Source of the DNA: Histomonas meleagridis 2922-C6/04-290x
Taxonomy: Eukaryota; Protista; Parabasalia
Length of the DNA stretch: 64,000 nucleotides
Assembly (NCBI GenBank): GCA_020184695.1
Contig: JAANOX010000243.1
Location: 558,001-622,000 of the forward strand
Reading direction: 5' to 3'
This document shows, one piece after another, positions 44,399 to 54,720 of this stretch. The notes beneath the pieces were generated by a model, which saw only the letters and a list, made by a program, of their open reading frames with translations, was not told the DNA's origin and searched no databases. The stretch's first letter is position 1. Each line of letters begins with the position of its first letter. The translations under genes were made by a program, and so were the position numbers.

Positions 44399-47300
44399 AT
44401 GTTTAATGCACGTTTAAAATATTCCAAACGTTCTGGTTCCATTTGTATGTCAATTGGGCTAAGCTCAATATTATCTTCGGAATCAGTATCACATCAATAT
44501 GAAAATAATATGTCACATTCAAATCAATCCGATATTAGTATCAAAAAATGTATCTCAAAATCACCAGTTATCTCATTATCCGAAATTCTTTCTAAAAGTA
44601 GTATTGATAAACCCCTAGATGCAAAATCAATAGAGCGTTCGGGAAATTACAATATTTTTCAAAAAAAATTTAATTCACAAAACCCAAAAGTAGGTAACGG
44701 AGAAAGCAAAATCAAATCAACAGATGAACTTCAAACCAGTGATTTTTTAAATGACGATTTTTCTGCAATTTTAAATTCCAAAAAAGAAGCAAAACATGGC
44801 AAAACAGCAAAAGATCAAAAAAACAGCCCTATAACCAATAACCATGACACTGTTGATGACTTAGATATTTCTAGTATATTATCATTTTCAACATCAGAAA
44901 ACATTCAAAGTAGTAATCAATCATTTAAATATTCAAAATCCAAAAATACTTCTTCGAGTAAAACTGGTTCGAAAGAACAAATTGATTCAATTCTGAATTA
45001 TCCAAGCGATATTGGTGGAAATGAAATTTCAAAGTCTCAAATTAGTCTAAATAACAAAGATGTATACGTCAGTTTCTCTAAAAGTACAGATATGTTTGAT
45101 GATATATTATCAGCAAGTTCAAGCGCAAAAAGTAAAAAATCAAACAGTTGGCTAAGTGACTCTGATGATGCTGACAAAAGGAATATTAAAAGTAATAATA
45201 ATGATTTAGATGAAGTATTATCAGATAGTATCAGTGCCATAAAAGATAAGAAAATTACAAAACAAGAAACAAGTGATATGCTCGAAGGGATATTGTCAAG
45301 TAGTATAAGTTCAATAAGAAAAGATAAATCAATAAGTAATGCAAATATAAGCCAAAACAATACCAATGAACTTGACGGAATATTATCAAGTAGTTTATCA
45401 AAAAATGATGATTCAATTAGTAAATCAAATATGACAAATAATGAAAGAGATGAACTTGACGGAATATTATCAAGTAGTTCAGTAAAAAATGAAAAATCAA
45501 TTAGTAAATCGAATATAACACATAATGAAAGAGATGAACTTGACGGAATATTATCAAGTAGTTCAGTAAAAAATGAAAAATCAATTAGTAAATCGAATAT
45601 AACACATAATGAAAGAGATGAACTTGACGGAATATTGTCAAGTAGCTCAGTAAAAAATGAAAAATCAATTAATAACTCCAACATAAATCAAAATACTATT
45701 GATGAACTTGAAGGGATATTGTCAAACAGTACAATGAAGAACGAAAAATCAATTAATAACTCCAATATAAAACAAATTAATAAAGATGAACTTGATGGAA
45801 TATTGTCAAGTACCATAAGCTCAATAAAAAATGAAAAATCGATTAATAACTCAAATATAACGCATGAAGAAAAAGACGAACTTGACGAGATATTATCAAG
45901 TAGCTCAATAAAGAATGATAAGTCAATTAATAACTCCAATAAAAAACAAATTAATAAAGATGAACTTGATGGAATATTGTCAAGTAGCATAAGCTCAATA
46001 AAGAATGATAAATCGATTAATAACTCAAATATAACACATGATGCGAAAGATGAACTTGATGAAATATTATCAAGCGGTGCAATTAATGAAAAATCAGTAA
46101 ATTATTCAAGCATAAGGCAAGATGAAACAGATGAATTCGATGGAATATTTTCAAGTAATTTAAGTTTAATAAAAAGTAAACCAATTAAAGCGTCCGACGG
46201 AAATATCAACAGTATTTCTGAACTTGATGATGTTTTATCTATAAACATAAGTGAAATTAATAATAAGTCAGAAATCAATCTAAATAATAACCCAAAGAGT
46301 GAATTAATCAGTAATGTTTCATCTAATAAAATTGATATTGATGGAGACTTTATTAAAGATGAATCGTCAAGAAAATCAGCTGGAAATGAAATCAATAACC
46401 ATTCAAAAGCCGGTTCATTTTCGATCGATACGGATTTCCTTGATGAAGCATTATCAAATTCAAAATCAAGCAAATCATCATCCAGTGTTAAAGATAACTC
46501 ATCCAAATCATTTTCGATCGACACTGAATTTCTTGATGAAGCATTATCGAATGCACGATCAAATAGATCATCATCTAATACCAAAAATGAATCATCATCA
46601 TTTTCTATTGATACTGATTTCCTTGATCAATCATCGAATGCACGATCAAATAGATCATCATCCAGTACTAAAAATAAAAGATCGCAATCAGCTTCAATTG
46701 ATGCTGATTTTCTTGAAGAAGCATCTAATGTAAAATCAAGTAAATCATCATCTAACACCAAAAATGAATCATCATCATTTTCTATTGATACTGATTTCCT
46801 TGATCAATCATCGAATGCACAATCAAATAGATCATCATCCAGTACTAAAAATAAAAGATCGCAATCAGCTTCAATTGATGCTGATTTTCTTGACGAATCA
46901 GTATCTAATGCAAAATCGAGTAAGTCATCATCTCGCGCTAAAATTAACTCATCCAAATCATTTTCGATCGACACTGATTTTCTTGATGAAACATCGAATG
47001 CAAAATCTAGTAAATCATCATCCAGTACTAAAAATAAAAAATCGCAATCAGCTTCAATTGATGCTGATTTTCTTGACGAATCAGTATCTAATGCAAAATC
47101 AAGTCGGTTATCATCCATTACCAAAAACAAGTCTTCATCATTTTCTATCGATACTGATTTCCTTGACGAATCATTATCGAGTACAAAATCAAGTAAATCA
47201 TCATCCAGTAAAAAAAATAAAAAATCGCAATCAATTTCAATTGATGCCGATTTTCTTGATGAATCCGTATCTGATGCAAAGTCAAGTCGGTTATCATCCA

Positions 47301-48763
47301 GCACTAAAAATAAATCATCGAAAACATATTCAATTGATGATTTTATTGATGATTCGGTAACAAATATTAAATCATCAGCTATTGAATCAGTAAGTACAAA
47401 TGTAATCGATGCTGATTTTCTTGATGAAACTGTTTCAAGTAAATCATATTTAAGTAATAATAATAAAAAATCGCAAACAATTTCAATTGATGCAGATTTT
47501 ATCAATGAATCTGTATCAAATATTAAATCGTATTCAAGCATTAGCGTAGAGTCTGTAAAAACGAATATAATTGACGAAAATGAATCATCGGAAACTAATG
47601 ATAAAACATCGGAATCGAATACAATTGATGCTGATTTTCTTGATGAAACTGTAACAGATATTAAGTCAAATAAATCGTATTCAATTAGCAAGAATGAAAC
47701 ATCATATTCAAATGTAGTTGATGAATCTGTTTCAATCAAATCATACTCAAGCTTAAAAAGTAAATCACAGTCTAATACAATTGATGCAGACTTTCTCGAT
47801 GAATCTGTATCAAATGCAAAATCAAGTAAATCATATGCAAGTGAAAATAATAAAAAGTCTCAAACTATTTCAATTGATGCAGACTTTCTCGATAAATCTG
47901 TATCAAGTAAATCATATTCCAGTATCAAAACTAAAAAATCACAATCAAACACAATTGATGCAGACTTTCTCGATGAATCTGTTTCAAATATCAAAAGCGA
48001 GAGATCATATTCGAATACGACAAATGCTGATTCTCTTGATGAATCTGTATCAAGTAGATCATATACAAGTAAAAATAATAAGAAATCACAAATTACTTCA
48101 ATTGATGCAGACTTTCTTGATGAATCTGTATCAAGTAAATCACATACAAGTAAAAATAATAAAAAATCTCAAATCACTTCAATTGATGAATCATTCTCTT
48201 CGAGTAAGTCATCACCAAACACCAGTGTTCACTCTATAAAGCCAAACACAGTCAGTAATAAAACAGATGCAAATAAAACACTTATGAATCCAACTGATAG
48301 TAATTCCAAATCATCACATTATATGAAGAAAACAGAGCCAACAACAAAAATGCACAAGCACAAACATCGAAAACATAAAACAAATACGAAAACAGAAAAC
48401 ATCAAAAATTTGAGCAAATTTAATCAAATAAATGTTTCAATACCGCCGATAAAGGAAAAAAACACGAAAACAAAAGCTCCAAAAGAAAATTATGAAAAAA
48501 TTTTAAACTCTAAAACATCGAAAGATATTTGCAAAGCATATAAAGAGTCCATTCATAAAGTAAGAAACGATTTAAGTCTTTTAAATCAATCAATTTCATC
48601 GCTTATAACTACGAGAAGAATTAGAGACGCACAAAGAAATAACATCGAATTAATAAATAGAGAAAATGTAACAAAAGAAATAAACGAAAGAATTAATAAG
48701 GAAAAACTGTTGAGATCGAATCTAAGTAATAAAAATAGTGATTACTCATCAGGTACAGAATAA
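44399..48763 (+). CDS. 1454-aa Ser/Asn/Lys-rich low-complexity protein with two tandem motif arrays and a C-terminal coiled coil
   Basis: Uninterrupted 4.4-kb ORF; DELDGILSS and SIDxDFLDES arrays; helical C-terminus. Confidence 0.85.
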   Translation: MFNARLKYSKRSGSICMSIGLSSILSSESVSHQYENNMSHSNQSDISIKKCISKSPVISLSEILSKSSIDKPLDAKSIERSGNYNIFQKKFNSQNPKVGNGESKIKSTDELQTSDFLNDDFSAILNSKKEAKHGKTAKDQKNSPITNNHDTVDDLDISSILSFSTSENIQSSNQSFKYSKSKNTSSSKTGSKEQIDSILNYPSDIGGNEISKSQISLNNKDVYVSFSKSTDMFDDILSASSSAKSKKSNSWLSDSDDADKRNIKSNNNDLDEVLSDSISAIKDKKITKQETSDMLEGILSSSISSIRKDKSISNANISQNNTNELDGILSSSLSKNDDSISKSNMTNNERDELDGILSSSSVKNEKSISKSNITHNERDELDGILSSSSVKNEKSISKSNITHNERDELDGILSSSSVKNEKSINNSNINQNTIDELEGILSNSTMKNEKSINNSNIKQINKDELDGILSSTISSIKNEKSINNSNITHEEKDELDEILSSSSIKNDKSINNSNKKQINKDELDGILSSSISSIKNDKSINNSNITHDAKDELDEILSSGAINEKSVNYSSIRQDETDEFDGIFSSNLSLIKSKPIKASDGNINSISELDDVLSINISEINNKSEINLNNNPKSELISNVSSNKIDIDGDFIKDESSRKSAGNEINNHSKAGSFSIDTDFLDEALSNSKSSKSSSSVKDNSSKSFSIDTEFLDEALSNARSNRSSSNTKNESSSFSIDTDFLDQSSNARSNRSSSSTKNKRSQSASIDADFLEEASNVKSSKSSSNTKNESSSFSIDTDFLDQSSNAQSNRSSSSTKNKRSQSASIDADFLDESVSNAKSSKSSSRAKINSSKSFSIDTDFLDETSNAKSSKSSSSTKNKKSQSASIDADFLDESVSNAKSSRLSSITKNKSSSFSIDTDFLDESLSSTKSSKSSSSKKNKKSQSISIDADFLDESVSDAKSSRLSSSTKNKSSKTYSIDDFIDDSVTNIKSSAIESVSTNVIDADFLDETVSSKSYLSNNNKKSQTISIDADFINESVSNIKSYSSISVESVKTNIIDENESSETNDKTSESNTIDADFLDETVTDIKSNKSYSISKNETSYSNVVDESVSIKSYSSLKSKSQSNTIDADFLDESVSNAKSSKSYASENNKKSQTISIDADFLDKSVSSKSYSSIKTKKSQSNTIDADFLDESVSNIKSERSYSNTTNADSLDESVSSRSYTSKNNKKSQITSIDADFLDESVSSKSHTSKNNKKSQITSIDESFSSSKSSPNTSVHSIKPNTVSNKTDANKTLMNPTDSNSKSSHYMKKTEPTTKMHKHKHRKHKTNTKTENIKNLSKFNQINVSIPPIKEKNTKTKAPKENYEKILNSKTSKDICKAYKESIHKVRNDLSLLNQSISSLITTRRIRDAQRNNIELINRENVTKEINERINKEKLLRSNLSNKNSDYSSGTE
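45200..46240 (+). repeat. Coding tandem array of DELDGILSSS units (28-31 aa)
   Basis: About a dozen motif copies, including near-identical 84-nt units starting at 45441, 45525 and 45609. Confidence 0.9.
46410..48190 (+). repeat. Coding tandem array of (S/T)IDxDFLDES units with higher-order duplication
   Basis: More than 20 att/atc-gat-(gct/act)-gat-ttt/ttc-ctt-gat motifs; a 177-nt higher-order duplication (ccaaaaatgaatc at 46581 and 46758). Confidence 0.9.
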
Positions 48764-49054
48764 TTGTATATTGTTATTAAAATAAATGTTTTTTATCTTT
48801 TTGTTTTCATCAAATGTTTTAATTTATTAAAATTTTATATTAAAATTTATCAAATATTTTGGAAATACAAGATTAAAGATATTTTAAAATATGAAAAATG
48901 TGTATTATAAATTAATCCTTCAACACTTTGTAATAATTAAGTATTACAATTGTTGTGATACGTATTTAGATATATTAGTAAAAATTTACCACCAAATACG
49001 TATTAGAATAAATCCATAAAAAAACATAAGATTGAATAAATGGCTTATCTCTCT

Positions 49055-49573
49055 TTACTTAAGAAGTGTGCCTTGGAATTTTTGAATGTACCATTCCTTA
49101 GCTTCTTCCTTTGTAACTCTCTGTTTTGGACCAATCCTTGAGCGGCAATGCTTCCTCTTGGCAACACGTGCTCCTGGGCGTTCAAGAACGACATAGAGAT
49201 CCATACCGTGAATACCGATATCACGATCGTACTTAAGACCAAGATCGATATGTTCTTTGATACCGAAACCAAAGTTACCTGTGCTGGAGAAGCAATGTGA
49301 GCTGATTTCAAAATCGTGAACTTGAAGAGCATCATTCAAGATCTTGAGGGCATTTTGACCACGAACTGTAACATAAGCAGCGATTTTATCGTTACGACGA
49401 ACACCGAACTTTGGGATTGTACGGTGAGAACGTGCAAGCATTGCCTTTTGCTTGGTTAATTGTTCAATAACACGGGATGCACGTGTAACTTGATCACCAA
49501 CTGAACCAGGGTTGATGTTGATGCAGAGTTTAGAAACACGGATTTCGTTGAGTTTGTTTTGCTTGGTGGCCAT
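49055..49573 (-). CDS. RPL11: 60S ribosomal protein L11 (uL5)
   Basis: KLCINI..G..GD.VTRA.RV.EQLT; FGVRRNDKIA; GNFGFGI.EHIDLG.KYD..IGI.GMD. ATG at 49573. Confidence 0.97.
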   Translation of the reverse strand: MATKQNKLNEIRVSKLCININPGSVGDQVTRASRVIEQLTKQKAMLARSHRTIPKFGVRRNDKIAAYVTVRGQNALKILNDALQVHDFEISSHCFSSTGNFGFGIKEHIDLGLKYDRDIGIHGMDLYVVLERPGARVAKRKHCRSRIGPKQRVTKEEAKEWYIQKFQGTLLK

Positions 49574-49579
49574 TAGTTG

Positions 49580-49600
49580 AAAGGCCAAACAAAACCGTTT
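49580..49600 (-). promoter_or_regulatory. M5 (CCTTT) and M3-like (AAACGGTT) core promoter motifs of RPL11
   Basis: CCTTT at 49584..49580, 6 nt before the ATG; AAACGGTT at 49600..49593. Both match T. vaginalis core-promoter motifs. Confidence 0.6.
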
Positions 49601-49919
49601 ATTTTCTGAAAAGTAAACCTTAGAAATTTAAACGTTCTTTTAATTAGGGCTCAATAGTTGTTGTCCTTCTAAGACAGTTTTAACCATGCTTTCAAGTATT
49701 TATTTGTATTTCCCAATAAATAGAGATATTGTGTTTAAAGAAATTTTGAAAACTTTTTGAACCACATTATTGCTAAAATCAATTTCTTATTTGATTTTTT
49801 GCTCCTAACAGGGTTGGTAAGTAGTATCTTTTCATATGTAATTGTGCATCTTAATTTCATTGAAATTTTATATGATGTATAATGATTATTATTTAATAAA
49901 GTATTTGTAGTTGTGATAT

Positions 49920-50342
49920 TTAGAAAACGGCTGGGGCAACAGAAGCAATCTTTGGCCAAAGTTCTGCACATTCTTTAGCAACTGGACCTGTGATAGCGGA
50001 ACCTTTCATTTCACCCTTATCATTGATGACAACACCTGCATTGTCCTCGAATCCGATAACAACGCCATCCTTGCGGCGCCATAATCTCTTTTGACGAACG
50101 ATAACAGCACACATAACCTTCTTACGAAGTGTTGGTTTACCTTTCTTGATTGTAACAACAATAAGATCGGAAACTGTAGCAGCTGGGAGTCTGTTTAATC
50201 TTCCCTTATGACCACGTTTTGAAATAACAAACATTGTTTTGGCACCTGAGTTATCAGCGCATTGAACAACTGCGCCAACTGGTAAAGCAAGCGTCATTGC
50301 GAACTTTGTGCCTTGTTGACCAGTGCGTCCTCTCTTTGACAT
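49920..50342 (-). CDS. RPL23: 60S ribosomal protein L23 (uL14)
   Basis: [27 protein letters not shown]; [32 protein letters not shown] at 50342. Confidence 0.97.
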   Translation of the reverse strand: MSKRGRTGQQGTKFAMTLALPVGAVVQCADNSGAKTMFVISKRGHKGRLNRLPAATVSDLIVVTIKKGKPTLRKKVMCAVIVRQKRLWRRKDGVVIGFEDNAGVVINDKGEMKGSAITGPVAKECAELWPKIASVAPAVF

Positions 50343-50428
50343 TCTTGGAAAGTGGACGGTTTTGGTCGAACAAGCACATATCAAGCGGTTATGATCGTTC
50401 GTAATAAATCGATTTATTAAATTAAAAC

Positions 50429-51241
50429 ATGTTTTTTTTCAACATTTTTTTGTTGTTTTGCAGTGCAAATGATGTATTTGTAATATCTATCTCAACTTCA
50501 GCAAGGTGGTTTAATTATAGGCATGCATCAAATGCATTTCTTTTTGCCGATTTATTCATACAGAACGGATTTAACAGATCAAGAATTTTTATTGGCATTG
50601 GAGATGATCCAGCCTACAACTCGAGAAATGTGTATCCAGGAACCGTTTTTGCTAACTTGGATATCAACAGAAATATTCATTCAATTCCAAACATTACTGA
50701 TGATTTGGTAACAGTTAAGAATTTTCGTTCACTTCTTACTGGTGGTCCAATCAATAACAAACCAAATCCACTTAATATCCCCAAAAAAGGAAAATTGATT
50801 TTATATCTCACAGGACATGGCGGTGCTGAATTTTTCAAGTTTAGAGAAATAGAAGAGCTCCTTGCTCAAGAGTTTTCTGCAATAATATCAAAAATGAAAA
50901 AAGTTTTTGATTTAAGTGAAATTATCATTTTTATTGACACTTGTGAAGCTGATTCTATGTTCAACTACATTGAGACAGAAGGCACAACCATGATTTCTTC
51001 GTCTCTAATTGACGAAAAATCAAAAAGTTTTGAACTCAATCAGGAACTTGGAGTTCCAATATCAGACCGTTTTACACCACTGATTTATTACTTAGTAATG
51101 AATCTTGGGGAAAATGCTACCTTTGAAGATCTGAATAAGTCAATGGTCAGAAATAACATTGGGTCAACGCCAACAATTAGGCAATACAAAGCAAAGCCTC
51201 TCAACAAAATGTATCTCAGAGACTATTTCTTTAACAAATAA
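50429..51241 (+). CDS. GPI8: GPI transamidase catalytic subunit GPI8/PIG-K-like (peptidase C13), soluble type
   Basis: Signal peptide; TS.RWFNYRH..N, N.RN..PGTVF, YLTGHGG.EFFKF...EE, IDTCEA.SM, LGV.ISDRFT. These are GPI8-type rather than legumain-type motifs. No C-terminal TM. Confidence 0.8.
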   Translation: MFFFNIFLLFCSANDVFVISISTSARWFNYRHASNAFLFADLFIQNGFNRSRIFIGIGDDPAYNSRNVYPGTVFANLDINRNIHSIPNITDDLVTVKNFRSLLTGGPINNKPNPLNIPKKGKLILYLTGHGGAEFFKFREIEELLAQEFSAIISKMKKVFDLSEIIIFIDTCEADSMFNYIETEGTTMISSSLIDEKSKSFELNQELGVPISDRFTPLIYYLVMNLGENATFEDLNKSMVRNNIGSTPTIRQYKAKPLNKMYLRDYFFNK

Positions 51242-51535
51242 ACTTTGTTTTATATGATTCTGTTGAGGCAAAAACTCCGATAGGAAATTCAATTGCAAAA
51301 CTTCTGAAAATATCTATCGTTGTTTTCAATTTAAAAACAATTTTTTTAATCCCAATCAATGATGAATTTAAGCTCAATTTAAAATTATTTCAACAGAAAT
51401 ATAGTAAGAAAAGCTTTAGTGAACAAAAGGAAGCAATTTTTCTCTATGAAACAAAGTTATCATATTTAGTTAAATTTATAAGTATATAATGCAATTTCGG
51501 ATTTGTTAAACACAAAGACAAATTAGCATATAATG

Positions 51536-52075
51536 TTAAGAAATTTTCAAATCAAGTTTTTGTAATCCTGAAATCACAGTATCAAATGATACTTTGATAT
51601 ATCCATGTGATTCTGTTTTGAAAATTTCTCTAGCATCACCCCCTGCAATAAAGTTTGGTGCAATTGCTTCAGGCATTCTTCCTGTAAAAAAACCGGTAAA
51701 TCGTTCAGCAGGAGTTGGTGCTCTTGAAAAGAGGGCTACATTAAAAGAATGATGACCAGCTTCTGTAGGAATATGGCAAGCACCATATCCAATTACTGTT
51801 GTTTTACCAAACAAATTTTCGCCATAAACAGAAACAATGAGTTGAGGCCAGCCAAATGGTTTTGGTGATTGAAATACAGCATCAATAGGGAAATTCCATG
51901 TGCAACAATGATCAATTCCTACTTTAGAAGTTTGTGAAATTCCTTCATCAGCGCCTGAAATAATTGACCAGTCAGATCCCATTGCAAATCCAAACTTACA
52001 AAAAATATCATCGGTATTATCTGAGTGGCAAGAAACTATTTGGCCTTGTACACTGACGATTAATTGAGCAGACAT
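51536..52075 (-). CDS. B9D1: B9 domain-containing protein 1 (MKS transition-zone module)
   Basis: V.GQI..C....DDIFCKF.F..G.DW....G..EGISQ; WNFPID..F.S..PFGWPQL..SVYG...FG...V.GYG. ATG at 52075. Confidence 0.85.
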   Translation of the reverse strand: MSAQLIVSVQGQIVSCHSDNTDDIFCKFGFAMGSDWSIISGADEGISQTSKVGIDHCCTWNFPIDAVFQSPKPFGWPQLIVSVYGENLFGKTTVIGYGACHIPTEAGHHSFNVALFSRAPTPAERFTGFFTGRMPEAIAPNFIAGGDAREIFKTESHGYIKVSFDTVISGLQKLDLKIS

Positions 52076-52118
52076 TATTGTGATGGTACTTATTATAACG
52101 GACTTCTTGTGATAAAAG

Positions 52119-52126
52119 AAAAAAAA
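52119..52126 (-). terminator. Pol III oligo-T terminator of tRNA-Phe
   Basis: T8 run directly after the discriminator base. Confidence 0.8.
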
Positions 52127-52199
52127 TGGGACTCCGCGGACTCGAACCACGTACCTCACGATCTTCAGTCGTGTGCTCTCCCAGGTGAGCTAGAGTCCC
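52127..52199 (-). tRNA. tRNA-Phe(GAA), 73 nt
   Basis: GGGACTC/GAGTCCC acceptor stem, GCTC/GAGC D stem, CACGA-CTGAAGA-TCGTG anticodon arm, CGTGG-TTCGAGT-CCGCG T arm, discriminator A. Confidence 0.95.
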
Positions 52200-52626
52200 T
52201 TTCATCTGCATTAAAGGGAAAATATATTAATTGAAAAAGTACATTCTCAAATTTGTTTTTAATTTTTTTTGATATTCCAAGTATTGTCTAAACATATTTT
52301 CGTGGGGAACGGAGCATTGTTGCTAGAAGTAATCATGTTTTTAACCCTAGAAACTGCATATGCATATCTAAATTAGATGCAATAATTAGTACAAAAGTAT
52401 ATTCAAGACAGTAACCAATATTAATAATTAGGACAAAAAACGCATTGAAGTTATTAATAATTATTAATGCTTTCCAACACCACAATGCACAGTATCTCAA
52501 GATGGAATTTTCGAAGAGACGTCTCTCTCAAAAAACGTGTACCAATTGAAATTTCAATATATATTGAATTTTTGACAAAAAAACAGGCCACACGCTCAAA
52601 AAAAGAACGTTAAATATCCCTCTGTA

Positions 52627-53349
52627 ATGAGCAACATGCATACAAGTCATAGCAATAAACCAACATTTGGAAAAAGTACCGAACTAAATTCTATTTCTTT
52701 TAATCGGAAATTAAATGCATTGTTAGTTCTTATATCGTTTCTTTCGCCAACACTTTATTTAACATTATTGGTAATTTATATAATGGAAGGAAGATATTCT
52801 GGATATCTTCCAACAATTTCTGAAACCGGAACTGAATTTCCAAATACATGCTTCATATTTTTATTTTTCTCTGTAATTGCAGGAGTAATGCTATTTGAAA
52901 TGACTTCAATTGCTTTATGCATTTTTAACACCTATAAGCCAAGCAAGCTTCTGAAGTTTTTGACACTATCATCAGATTTCCTTTGCTGTTTATCGTTATT
53001 ATTAATCAGCATTTTCCCTTGCAATACATTAGCATTTTATCATTTCTTCTCGACATTTGTTTCCTTTGCTGCACTTGTTCTATTCCAAATTTTTGTGGGA
53101 ATCATATCAAAGACTGGAGCAACTCCTATCAGAAAATTCTTCAGAAAATTATCCATACTTATTCAAATCATTTCATTAGGATTTGTTGCATTGAGTGAAC
53201 ATGTGTTTCCATACAGAATAAATGTAACTTTGTCTGCTGCTGGAGAATACTTAATTTTCATTTTCCTTCCATTCTTTACTCTGTCTCTTTGCAACGAACT
53301 AAGTCCTTACAACCAAATTTTGTTAATAGAAGAACATAAAGCTAATTGA
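52627..53349 (+). CDS. Frag1/DRAM/Sfk1 (TMEM150/PGAP2-like) six-TM protein
   Basis: LPTISETGTEFP motif, FYHFFSTFVSF, AAGEY; six hydrophobic helices. Confidence 0.75.
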   Translation: MSNMHTSHSNKPTFGKSTELNSISFNRKLNALLVLISFLSPTLYLTLLVIYIMEGRYSGYLPTISETGTEFPNTCFIFLFFSVIAGVMLFEMTSIALCIFNTYKPSKLLKFLTLSSDFLCCLSLLLISIFPCNTLAFYHFFSTFVSFAALVLFQIFVGIISKTGATPIRKFFRKLSILIQIISLGFVALSEHVFPYRINVTLSAAGEYLIFIFLPFFTLSLCNELSPYNQILLIEEHKAN

Positions 53350-53712
53350 GTTTTGTTTGTTTAATAAAAAATACTAACTCTTCTTTTTTTCAAATTTACT
53401 GATTTGGAATTTTTTTCAAAACTTCACTATTCTTATTTTCATATACATTCTTTGGTAATGATTGTTAATAGCTTATGATACTCAATTTCTGATCTCGAGG
53501 CATCTCAAAATTTTCTCTATATTTTTCTTGAAACTTAACTACCTTCCTACAAGTGAAAAAAGAAGTTTCTCATCCTATTGAAAAAATATGATTAAATTTT
53601 TAGACTTTAAATTCAAATGAGAAGCGCAGACATTAGCATTATGAAGGCGCACGTTAATTTTATATCGTTGCTTTTAAATCACTTTTTGATTATTTTACAT
53701 ATTAATGGGGAA

Positions 53713-54720
53713 ATGCTTTACCTTCTTTTGCCTCTCTGCTTAACAAAAATTATTGAACTCAATGAACAAAAATTTAATAAGGAAATGAAAGATAAAAAAA
53801 ATAAAAATAGAGTTTGGGTGTTACTTTTTTATACACCATATTGTAAAAGATTCAAAGAGATATATTCTGCACTTGAATATGCAAAGATTCTAACCAACGG
53901 ATCAGTTGGATATGCAACAATTAATTGTCAAGGAGAACAAAGACTTTGTAATTCATATAAAATTACAAACCATCCAACCATTATCATTCAAAACAGAACT
54001 ACACATGACGAATACACAGATTCTATTAACCCAACAACGATTGCAAAAGCAGCAATGGAGTATATAACTTCAGCAAGTGTTAAAGTTGTTGATGATTTTT
54101 GGATAGATGATTACAACGAAAAACCTACATCAATATTATTTACAAAGAAGGAAAACGTCCCGGGATATTTTAAAGCCCTTTCTAGATCATTTCCACCATC
54201 TAAACTTCGATTTGGCATATGCAATGATGAAGGCTTATTTTCTGATTATAACATTACTAAAACGCCCACAATTGCCTTCTATAATAATGAAGTCACTGTG
54301 TTTCATGAAGGTCCACGAAAACTCAGATATTTAAAAGAAACTGCAAATGCATTTTTATCGGGACGAGAGAGTAAATCACCTACAAGAGCAGACTTCTATT
54401 TTAATACAGAATTCCCTGAGGTTTGCTACGATTACACTGTTACTTGCGTGTTTGGTTACGAAAGTTTTGTTGACCCAAAATATGACAAAATCAGAATTCA
54501 ACTGAAAAACGATAAATTCAAATTTTTTGTTGGTGATAAAAATATCCCATTCACTAACCTAAAGCTTGAAAGAGGGAACTTTGTTGTTTATAATGCTAAA
54601 AAAAATGCTGCATTCATTGTCGGGAATGTGGATGAGTTGATGCCTGCATTAGATCGAGTGCTTGACGGAACTGCGAAATGGAATACTTTAGGAAAATATG
54701 AATACTCACTTGAACTGTAA
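53713..54720 (+). CDS. Secretory-pathway thioredoxin/PDI-like protein with incomplete CxxC
   Basis: Signal peptide MLYLLLPLCLT; VWVLLFYTPYCKRFK, ATINC...LCNSYKI..HPTI; second Trx-like unit with YNITKTPTI. Alternative upstream ATG at 53617. Confidence 0.75.
   Translation: MLYLLLPLCLTKIIELNEQKFNKEMKDKKNKNRVWVLLFYTPYCKRFKEIYSALEYAKILTNGSVGYATINCQGEQRLCNSYKITNHPTIIIQNRTTHDEYTDSINPTTIAKAAMEYITSASVKVVDDFWIDDYNEKPTSILFTKKENVPGYFKALSRSFPPSKLRFGICNDEGLFSDYNITKTPTIAFYNNEVTVFHEGPRKLRYLKETANAFLSGRESKSPTRADFYFNTEFPEVCYDYTVTCVFGYESFVDPKYDKIRIQLKNDKFKFFVGDKNIPFTNLKLERGNFVVYNAKKNAAFIVGNVDELMPALDRVLDGTAKWNTLGKYEYSLEL

Noticed and set aside
45441-45692. CRISPR-like regular repeats (84-nt here; 170-nt at 61.3 kb)
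   Set aside because: They are coding tandem repeats with no unique spacers or cas genes, in a eukaryotic context.
45037-48239. Long antisense and alternate-frame ORFs over the Ser-rich gene
   Set aside because: Shadows of a repetitive low-complexity CDS lacking stops in other frames.
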